The notes under the pieces were generated by a model. The model did no database searches. It was not told the DNA's origin and saw only the letters and a program-made list of their open reading frames with translations. A program made the translations under genes and the position numbers. From Candidatus Hodarchaeota archaeon (GTDB taxonomy: Archaea > Asgardarchaeota > Lokiarchaeia > Sigyniarchaeales > SOKP01), in assembly GCA_048886685.1 (NCBI GenBank), contig JBHLKM010000010.1:1-23845 (forward strand): 23,845 nucleotides of DNA, read 5' to 3'. How positions within the stretch are numbered: position 1 is the first letter of the stretch; each line of letters opens with the position of its first letter. This document shows positions 8,446-15,992 of the stretch, one piece after another.

Positions 8446-9948
8446 ATGGCAGAACAACCTAATATTATTTATATTTTTTCTGATCAACACCGTGGAGATA
8501 CTTTGGGGAGTGTTGGTCATCCTGCAGTAATTACTCCTAATTTAGATAAATTAGCGTCTGAAGGAGTTAACTTTACCAGATGTTATACGAATTCCCCTCT
8601 TTGTATGCCCGCAAGAGCTTCCATGATGACAGGTCAGTATGTTTGTGAACATGGAATCTGGACCAATAACAATGAGGCAGATCCCTTGGAGTGCCCAAGT
8701 CACGTACGCAATATTCGCGATGCTGGTTATCACACGGCTGTTATCGGAAAAACACATCTTTACCGTCATGGAGGGAGAACATTAACGTGGAAAGATACAA
8801 GAGAAAAGACTCAAGTGTTAAAAGATTGGGGTTTTGAAGACATCCATGAATTGACAGGACCTCTTGCAACGCGTAGGCATGATTCCCCATATACTGATTA
8901 TCTCAAAGAAAGGGGATTATTGAAAATTCATAGAGATTACATCTTCAAATATGCAAGGGAATGGACAAGAGGGACAGCAAAACCCTGGGAAGAACCTCCA
9001 TGTCCGCTTCCTGCTGAGGATCATCTTGATAGTTATACAGGACGTAAAACAGTTGAATGGATTCAAAATTATAATGGTAATAAACCATTTTATTTACAAG
9101 TCTTATTTCCAGGACCTCACGATCCCTTTGACTCACCTCAGGAATATAGAGATATGTATAACCCAGAAAAGATGCCTATTGGAATTATGGATTGGCCACA
9201 AAAACCCGTAGCTCGCTATGTGAGAATGGTGTTGCATTGGAGTGGACTTAAAGGTATGACTCCTGCTCAAAAACAAATCCTAAGAACTTATTACTACGCC
9301 AAAATCACATTGATTGATGAATATATCGGCAGAATCATGAAGACCCTTGAAGAGAAAGGTCTATTGGAAAATACGTGGGTAATCTATAATTCTGATCATG
9401 GCGAGATGCTGGGAGACCATATGATGAGCCATAAGATTGTATTTTATGAAGGAGCCTTACGCATTCCTTTAATTATTAGACCGCCTGGTGGAATGAAGGG
9501 GTGGAAGTGTGAGGATTTAACCGATCATCTTGATATTGCTGCTACCTTGATAGATATTGCAGGAGCTAAGCCACTTAAAGGGAGTGATGGAATTTCTCTA
9601 GTCCCAAAAGTATTAAAGGGACCAAATGATTCTGAAGCCCAAAAAGTAAAAGAAGTCATCTTTAGTGAAGTTTATGGTTTTTCAATGGTCCGGAACGAAC
9701 AGTATAAGATGGCTATTGTTCCAGATACCCAAAGACCAGTTGAATTATATGACTTAGAAAAAGACCCAAATGAATTAATAAATCTAGTAAGAGATCCCAG
9801 CCTTGAATCAGTCCGTCAGGAATTATTAAATAATCATCTAAGTAAACTGCTTGATCATTTAGATATGAAAAAGTTAAAAAATATGAATGTTGACGGTCTT
9901 AGTCGGCAAATAGAAAAAGAAATTGAGAAAGAACAAAAAGTAATTTAA
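8446..9948 (+). CDS. Sulfatase-like hydrolase, Cys-type (paralogue C)
   Basis: 500 aa. Motifs SDQHRGD, LCMPARASMMTG, GKTH, PHDP and SDHGEMLGDH. Confidence 0.92.
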   Translation: MAEQPNIIYIFSDQHRGDTLGSVGHPAVITPNLDKLASEGVNFTRCYTNSPLCMPARASMMTGQYVCEHGIWTNNNEADPLECPSHVRNIRDAGYHTAVIGKTHLYRHGGRTLTWKDTREKTQVLKDWGFEDIHELTGPLATRRHDSPYTDYLKERGLLKIHRDYIFKYAREWTRGTAKPWEEPPCPLPAEDHLDSYTGRKTVEWIQNYNGNKPFYLQVLFPGPHDPFDSPQEYRDMYNPEKMPIGIMDWPQKPVARYVRMVLHWSGLKGMTPAQKQILRTYYYAKITLIDEYIGRIMKTLEEKGLLENTWVIYNSDHGEMLGDHMMSHKIVFYEGALRIPLIIRPPGGMKGWKCEDLTDHLDIAATLIDIAGAKPLKGSDGISLVPKVLKGPNDSEAQKVKEVIFSEVYGFSMVRNEQYKMAIVPDTQRPVELYDLEKDPNELINLVRDPSLESVRQELLNNHLSKLLDHLDMKKLKNMNVDGLSRQIEKEIEKEQKVI

Positions 9949-9982
9949 TTGCCAAATAGATAAAAAAACGTTTTCATCAATT

Positions 9983-10678
9983 ATGAGTTCTACGAAAAAT
10001 GACAAAAATAATAATATCGTTAGTAAGAAAAGTAAGAAAATTGAATGGATTTTAGATGCTGCTCAGGAACTTTATGAAAGCGAAGGGCGAGAAAAACTAA
10101 CTTCAGAAGCAGTAGCTGAAAAATTAAATATGTCGTCAAGGGGACATATTTATCATTATTTTAAGAGTAAACGGGAGCTATGGATTGCTCTTAGGGCTCG
10201 GTATTTTCAATATCTTCAAATCGAATTTAACCGAGTTGAAGAAAATCATAAAGGTTCTAATATTGATCTTTTAATTAAATTAATGGAAAAATTTTTGGAT
10301 TTCTCTGCTTCTAATCGAAGAAGATTTCGTCTTATGTTTTTGATGCAACCACCTCCATCGAAAGTATTAGGTCCTTATGAATCAGGGATGAACGTTATTC
10401 GACCCTTTCATTTATTAGATTTTGTAGAAAGAATTGTAGAAAAAGCAATAGATCAAGGGGAAATATATAAGTATAACTCCTTCATGTTAACAGCTTTTCT
10501 AAATCAAATCACCTTGGGAACAGCCATAATCAACCATGGTTTTAGTCGATTCCCCTCAACTGGCAACTCCCCATCAGAATTTGAAAAAGTAGTAACAGAA
10601 CATAAGGAGTTTATTAGAGAAAATCGAGAATTTTCCTTAAATCAACTCCGAAAGTTTATAAACATGATGAAAAAGTAA
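9983..10678 (+). CDS. TetR/AcrR family transcriptional regulator
   Basis: 231 aa. N-terminal HTH ILDAAQELYESEGREKLTSEAVAEKLNMSSRGHIYHYFKSKRELW. Starts 34 bp after sulfatase C. Confidence 0.9.
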   Translation: MSSTKNDKNNNIVSKKSKKIEWILDAAQELYESEGREKLTSEAVAEKLNMSSRGHIYHYFKSKRELWIALRARYFQYLQIEFNRVEENHKGSNIDLLIKLMEKFLDFSASNRRRFRLMFLMQPPPSKVLGPYESGMNVIRPFHLLDFVERIVEKAIDQGEIYKYNSFMLTAFLNQITLGTAIINHGFSRFPSTGNSPSEFEKVVTEHKEFIRENREFSLNQLRKFINMMKK

Positions 10679-10688
10679 AAAAAAAAAA
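10677..10688 (-). terminator. T12 tract on the minus strand, putative terminator of the convergent minus-strand gene
   Basis: A12 run on the + strand between converging stop codons (10678 and 10735). Confidence 0.4.
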
Positions 10689-10734
10689 TAATTATTTTAT
10701 AATCTTTACTCTAGCAACTATATATGCTTTCTTG

Positions 10735-12108
10735 TTATAATCTTAGATCTAATCGAGGTTCACGGAGTTCTGGAGATAAATTATAGTCATACATAAATTT
10801 TACAAAATGTTGGTGAAGCTCTTTAGCAATTTCTGGATGTTCATCAATCACGTTATTTTCCTGCTTTGGATCAGATGGAATATGATATAACCAGGTTAAT
10901 CCTGGTTCTGTACTGTAAAGTAGAGTCCACTCATCTGTGGTTACTGTGGTATCTGACCCCATCAGGGCAATTCTTTCCCTTCCATCAACTGATCGAATCT
11001 TAGTTTTCAAGTTCATAATAGGATGTGTACTGATTGTGTGGTCTCTTACTCTAAAGTTCGTATCTTTCATCATTGGCAAAATTGATTTACCTTCTACGCT
11101 CTCCGGTATGCGTTCATCTAGAATATCCAGTATAGTCGGCATCAGATCAACTGCTGAAGTAATTCCATCGGAAATACTTGGTTCCACTCCCGGCATATAG
11201 ATAAAAAGTGGACAGGCTGTAAGCTCTTCAAAGAGTGGAGATCGGGTCCAAGCCCGTTTTGGTGAACCAATGGGTTCATCTGTGTAGGGAATCGAACTAG
11301 GATAAGCCCTAGTTAGCTTTCCGAACAAACCGTTGTGTTCACCGAAATAGAAACCATGATCTGTGGTAAAAATGATAGTTGTCTTATCCATGAGGTTCAT
11401 ATTCTCGACTCTTTTGATAAAGTGACCAATCCAGGCGTCTACCATTGTACACTCACCACAGTAACATGCATGTGCTTTTTTCACTTTTTCCTCAGTCATT
11501 CCAGGGACATCTTGCCAGTGCGCATAGACAGGATTGACTTCCTCACCATCATAATCTGGCCAGTATAGTTCCGTGTAATAATCAGGGGCATCCCAGGGTT
11601 CGTGGGGATCCCATGCATCTATATACAAAAAAAAGTCTTCTTTATAGTGTAACTCAAGCCACTCCATCGCCTTGGAGAATGTCTTCGGTGCAAATCTGTC
11701 TTCCTCAAAACGCCAAGATTTACGCTCATCTCCGAGCGTACGATAACCGTACAACTGTCCCGGTATCTCCATCCAACCTTGAAAGCCTCTGTCATAGCCA
11801 AAACCAAATCTTGTATAAAATGGTGTATCTACAACCGCAGCTGTTGTATAACCTTTGTTAGTAAGTATTTGTGGTAAACTTACTAGATTTCTTGCTAGTG
11901 GTTCCCATCTCATAAAACAGGCAGTCCAGCGACCAGTAAAAAAATCTGCTCGGGCGGGCATAGTTGGGAAACCCGCAGCGTAATGACGATTAAACTGCAC
12001 AGATTTTTTAGCCAGAGAATCCAGAGCTGGTGTACAGATGGATTTATTACCGTAACAACCCAGATGGTCTTTTCGAAAGGTGTCAGATATTATCCAAATA
12101 ACGTTCAT
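10735..12108 (-). CDS. Sulfatase-fold (alkaline phosphatase superfamily) hydrolase with Thr at the catalytic position (TxPxR)
   Basis: 457 aa. Motifs ISDTFRKDHLGCYG, FPTMPARADFFTGR, WDPHEPWD and TTDHGFYFGEH. AGGAGAAGG lies upstream of the ATG. Confidence 0.85.
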   Translation of the reverse strand: MNVIWIISDTFRKDHLGCYGNKSICTPALDSLAKKSVQFNRHYAAGFPTMPARADFFTGRWTACFMRWEPLARNLVSLPQILTNKGYTTAAVVDTPFYTRFGFGYDRGFQGWMEIPGQLYGYRTLGDERKSWRFEEDRFAPKTFSKAMEWLELHYKEDFFLYIDAWDPHEPWDAPDYYTELYWPDYDGEEVNPVYAHWQDVPGMTEEKVKKAHACYCGECTMVDAWIGHFIKRVENMNLMDKTTIIFTTDHGFYFGEHNGLFGKLTRAYPSSIPYTDEPIGSPKRAWTRSPLFEELTACPLFIYMPGVEPSISDGITSAVDLMPTILDILDERIPESVEGKSILPMMKDTNFRVRDHTISTHPIMNLKTKIRSVDGRERIALMGSDTTVTTDEWTLLYSTEPGLTWLYHIPSDPKQENNVIDEHPEIAKELHQHFVKFMYDYNLSPELREPRLDLRL

Positions 12109-12168
12109 TTTCCTTCTCCTATTTATGTATCAATATTTATATTTATAAAATTGAGGGAGTATGTATAC

Positions 12169-12996
12169 CTAAGCTTCGCTACCACCATCAACAACAATGA
12201 CTTGACCAGTGATATAACTTGATGCGTCTGATGCAAGAAAGAGAGCTACATTAGCAATTTCATCTGGCTCAGCAAATCTTCCTAGTGGAATATGGTAGCC
12301 TATTTTTTTCATCAGTTCAGGATTTTCCCATAGAAATCGGATCATTTCCGTTCTTATCCCTCCTGGCGCTATGGCATTAACCCGGATACCATACTGACCC
12401 AATCCCCAAGCCATGCCACGCGTTAACATATTAACCCCTGCTTTGGATATAAAATAAACCCTAGAAGCGAAAGGATGTACCTCTGGTCGTAATGGAAGAG
12501 GATCTTGGAATAATGACCTTCTAATACCCGGTCTAATCCTCAAGCTATCAATCGAAGATATATTAATTATATTGCCCGATTTTCTTTCAATCATTCCCTT
12601 AGCTGCCGCATGGGAACATAGATAACAGCTCTTCAAATTAATATTCATTTGTTTATCCCACTGTCGCTCTGGCGGTTCGTCAGCAAAAGCTCCAGCCCAT
12701 ACAGCAGCATTATTTACCAGAATGTCAATTCGACCAAATTCTTTCTCTACTTTTTGAACAAGAGAATTTACTTGGTCTTTTTGACTAACGTCAGTCTGAT
12801 TAAAGAGAGAACGCCTACCAAGTTTCCTGATCTTTTCAGCCACCCCATCCAACTCCCCTGTATCAACGATCCAATCACATATGGCAACGTCAGCTCCAGC
12901 TTCAGCAAATGTTAATGCTGTGGCTTCACCCACACCTCGTCTTGAACCAGTAACTAGAGCCACTTTACCTTCTAATGACATTGTAATTACTCGCAT
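12169..12996 (-). CDS. Short-chain dehydrogenase/reductase (classical SDR, probably NAD-preferring)
   Basis: 275 aa. TGSRRGVG, Asp after beta2 (AICD), NNAA, YFISK (YxxxK), RVNAIAPG and YITGQVIVVDGG. The start may instead be Met6 (12981). Confidence 0.92.
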   Translation of the reverse strand: MRVITMSLEGKVALVTGSRRGVGEATALTFAEAGADVAICDWIVDTGELDGVAEKIRKLGRRSLFNQTDVSQKDQVNSLVQKVEKEFGRIDILVNNAAVWAGAFADEPPERQWDKQMNINLKSCYLCSHAAAKGMIERKSGNIINISSIDSLRIRPGIRRSLFQDPLPLRPEVHPFASRVYFISKAGVNMLTRGMAWGLGQYGIRVNAIAPGGIRTEMIRFLWENPELMKKIGYHIPLGRFAEPDEIANVALFLASDASSYITGQVIVVDGGSEA

Positions 12997-13033
12997 ATTT
13001 ATACTTGACCCCTATTTAACACTCCTATGAAAC

Positions 13034-13068
13034 AAAACATTGTTGATTGATTCAATTTTCAATGTTTT
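13034..13068. promoter_or_regulatory. 35-bp imperfect palindrome, candidate operator upstream of the SDR
   Basis: AAAACATTG-ttg-ATTGA-T-TCAAT-ttt-CAATGTTTT. 14 of 17 pairs are symmetric about 13051. It lies 38 bp upstream of the SDR start. Confidence 0.55.
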
Positions 13069-13156
13069 TATTATTTAATCATTGTTCCTTTTCTTATTAA
13101 AGATTTTGATCAATGCTCAAATTTTTTTATGAATTGAAAAAAGAGAGGAAGTTATT

Positions 13157-14596
13157 TTATAATTTAATCTCTTCAAATTTTCTCTGATATAGTTTACTCA
13201 TTAAAGAATTTAGGTGTTTTCTTAGTAATTCCTTACGAATACTTTCTAACAATGGATCTTTCACTAAATTAACTAATTCATCTGGATCTTTTTCGAGGTC
13301 GAATAATTCTACTGGTTTTCCTGAGTTACTTTTAATTGTCATCTTATATCGTTCATCACGCACCATTGAGAATCTATATACTTCACTAAAAACAGCATCT
13401 TTTGCCTTTTGAGCCTTAGGGTCATTTGGTCCCTTCAATATTTTTGATACAAGAGAAACTCCATCACTTCCTTTAAGTGGCTTAGCTCCCGCAATATCTA
13501 TTAAGGTAACAGCAATATCAAGATGATCGGTTAAACCCTCACACTTCCACCCCTTCATTCCGCCAGATGGCCTAATAATTAAAGGAATACATAATGCTCC
13601 TTCATAAAATACTATCTTATGTCTCATCATATGGTCTCCCAGCATCTCGCCATGATCAGAATTATAAATTACCCACGTATTTTCTAATAGACCTTTTTCT
13701 TCGAGAGCTTTCATGATTCTCCCTATGTATTCATCAATTAAAGTGATTTTCCCGTAATAATTAATCCTCATTTGCTTACATTGCTCAGGAGTCATATCTT
13801 GAATAGCACTCCAATTTTGTACCATCCTTACGTACCAGGGAGTTGGCTTTTGAGGAAATTTCATAATACCCTCAGGAATCTCTTCTAATTTGTACATATC
13901 TCTATATTCCTGAGGTGAGTCAAAGGGATCGTGAGGTCCTGGAAATAAGACTTGTAAGTAAAATGGTTTATCATCATTATAATTTTGAATCCATTCAACT
14001 GTTTTACGTCCTGTATAACTATCTAAATGTGCTTCAGTGGGTAGGGGGCTATGCGGATCATCCCAGGGTTTTGCTGTCCCTCTAGCTGAGGGTAAACCAT
14101 GATTCATGATGTAATCTCTATGGATTTTCAATAATCCCTTTTCTTTGAGATAATCAGTATAAGAACAATCATGTCTGAAAGTTGCTAAAGGTCCCGTTAA
14201 TTCGTGGATATCAACAAAACCCCAATTTTTCAAGATATTAATATTGTCTCTAGTATCTTTCCAACCTGCCCCATGACGATAAAGGTGAGTTTTTCCAACC
14301 ACAGCCGTGTGATATCCCGCATCTCGAATATTGCGTACATGACTTGGACACTCTAATGGATTTGCCTCATTATTATTGGTCCAGATTCCATGTTCACAAA
14401 CATACTGTCCAGTCATCATTGATGCCCTCGCAGGCATACAAAGTGGGGAATTAGTATAACATCTGGTAAAGTTAACACCCTCAGACGCTAATTTATCTAA
14501 GTTGGGCGTAATTATTGCAGGATGACCAACACTCCCCAAAGTATCACCACGGTGTTGATCAGAAAAAATATAAATTATATTCGGTTGTTCTGCCAT
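13157..14596 (-). CDS. Sulfatase-like hydrolase, Cys-type (paralogue D)
   Basis: 479 aa. Motifs SDQHRGD, LCMPARASMMTG, GKTH, PHDP and SDHGEMLGDH. Starts 30 bp after the MBL sulfatase stop. Confidence 0.92.
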   Translation of the reverse strand: MAEQPNIIYIFSDQHRGDTLGSVGHPAIITPNLDKLASEGVNFTRCYTNSPLCMPARASMMTGQYVCEHGIWTNNNEANPLECPSHVRNIRDAGYHTAVVGKTHLYRHGAGWKDTRDNINILKNWGFVDIHELTGPLATFRHDCSYTDYLKEKGLLKIHRDYIMNHGLPSARGTAKPWDDPHSPLPTEAHLDSYTGRKTVEWIQNYNDDKPFYLQVLFPGPHDPFDSPQEYRDMYKLEEIPEGIMKFPQKPTPWYVRMVQNWSAIQDMTPEQCKQMRINYYGKITLIDEYIGRIMKALEEKGLLENTWVIYNSDHGEMLGDHMMRHKIVFYEGALCIPLIIRPSGGMKGWKCEGLTDHLDIAVTLIDIAGAKPLKGSDGVSLVSKILKGPNDPKAQKAKDAVFSEVYRFSMVRDERYKMTIKSNSGKPVELFDLEKDPDELVNLVKDPLLESIRKELLRKHLNSLMSKLYQRKFEEIKL

Positions 14597-14626
14597 GATT
14601 TTATCATCTTTCTTTAGAAATTATAC

Positions 14627-15889
14627 TTAAGAATCATATTTTATTCCCTTTGAGGCAAGAAATTCTTTATCTTTTTTGATATAATAAACCCAAGCATTTC
14701 GAGACATAAGGCAATAATCATGAGAACCCAACTCTTTTAGAAGTTGTATTCTTAATTTTCTAGCTTCTATATGTTTAGGATTTCCCTGAATTAAGACGTC
14801 TAAGACTTGAAGACTGAGTTGTGTCTGACCATTTTTAAAAAGTTCTTTTGCTCTAGTTATAATTTTGTCATTATCACCAATCAAATTAAATATTTCATTA
14901 TTTACCTCTCTTTCTGGTCTTGGCAATAGGTGTGCAGGATTATCATCAAAATAGCCATGATACCATCGATAAACATTGTAGACGAAAAATTCTGGTCTAG
15001 AATAACGTAATTTAAGATAAGGACTATTTTTAAGATGTTCTGGAATTTTTACAGCATGGATCATCTCTGAAATATGCATACCTTGATTAATATATTCTAC
15101 AACTTGATCATGTAGAGAACGGATAACCTCAATATTTGTATCTAAAGCTTTTTTTGCTCTATTTCCTCGAAGCATCATACCGGCACCATTAAAAAATAAA
15201 TAATCTATATTCTTCGATCTGATTTCTTCCAATGTTTTTGCCCAATCTAAAGCAAAACGTGCAGGCTTCCAAGGATTTCCTATATTTGGAAAACTTCCTA
15301 TAAGTAAGTCCCCGATAAACGCCGCATTGAGTTGGGGAACATAAACCCAACAGATATCATCAGTTTCTCCTCGAGCTGTGTGAAGTTCGAAAGATTTATC
15401 TCCAAGAGATATGGTCATTTCACCCAAAAAGGTTTTTGTAGGATATATATAGTTTCCAATATTGACTCTTTCCGGAATATTAAATTGTTGGGCCAAAAAT
15501 CGCGCACGATGACGTGCTAGTGTTTTAAACCTATCCAATCGAGCTGGTAAATATTTATTCGCTATTATTTCTGGATTATCTGCTATAAAAGCTCTTGCAC
15601 CTCCCACGTGATCGTTATGACCATGAGTATATATAATATATTCAATTTTCCCCGCGATTCTTTTAAAAACCTCTTTTCCTATTGCTTCCGAGCCCATAGT
15701 ATCAATTAATACAAGACCATCACCAGTTTCAATCCAAGCACAACCTGAAATAGGGAGAGCCGCAGTATGAACGTCCTTTAGAGGTTCCTTAAAGATAATA
15801 TTATTTTGGTTCCATAAAAGCGGTGTTCCTTTTAATTCTTCACTATTAGGATTTTTTACCTCATTTAATTTTTCTGGCATATTATTCAT
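14627..15889 (-). CDS. Alkyl/aryl sulfatase, metallo-beta-lactamase fold (SdsA1/BDS1-like) with dimerisation domain
   Basis: 420 aa. Motifs LIDT, THGHNDHVGG (HxHxDH), GETDD, GDL, FPNIGNP and YRWYHGYFDDNPAHL. It appears to lack the C-terminal SCP2-like domain of SdsA1. Confidence 0.85.
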   Translation of the reverse strand: MNNMPEKLNEVKNPNSEELKGTPLLWNQNNIIFKEPLKDVHTAALPISGCAWIETGDGLVLIDTMGSEAIGKEVFKRIAGKIEYIIYTHGHNDHVGGARAFIADNPEIIANKYLPARLDRFKTLARHRARFLAQQFNIPERVNIGNYIYPTKTFLGEMTISLGDKSFELHTARGETDDICWVYVPQLNAAFIGDLLIGSFPNIGNPWKPARFALDWAKTLEEIRSKNIDYLFFNGAGMMLRGNRAKKALDTNIEVIRSLHDQVVEYINQGMHISEMIHAVKIPEHLKNSPYLKLRYSRPEFFVYNVYRWYHGYFDDNPAHLLPRPEREVNNEIFNLIGDNDKIITRAKELFKNGQTQLSLQVLDVLIQGNPKHIEARKLRIQLLKELGSHDYCLMSRNAWVYYIKKDKEFLASKGIKYDS

Positions 15890-15992
15890 TTGTAAATTTT
15901 GAATAGAATATTAATTATAATTAACTATTAAACAAATTTATTGATGTTTTACAATTAGAAAAAAAAAGGAAAAATTTTGTATTCTTCTTGTT

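Noticed and set aside
12505-12820. RRSLF pentapeptide occurring twice in the SDR
   Set aside because: The codons differ at every residue (AGG CGT TCT CTC TTT vs AGA AGG TCA TTA TTC), so it is not a recent internal duplication and is probably chance.
10735-12996. Apparently higher GC in the Thr-enzyme/SDR pair, suggesting separate acquisition
   Set aside because: Spot counts overlapped with other genes in the window. It cannot be supported without computing GC3 and codon usage.
4624-14596. Diversity-generating retroelement as the cause of paralogue variation
   Set aside because: There is no reverse transcriptase in the window. Differences are not confined to adenines and include many synonymous changes and indels, and no template/variable repeat pair is visible.
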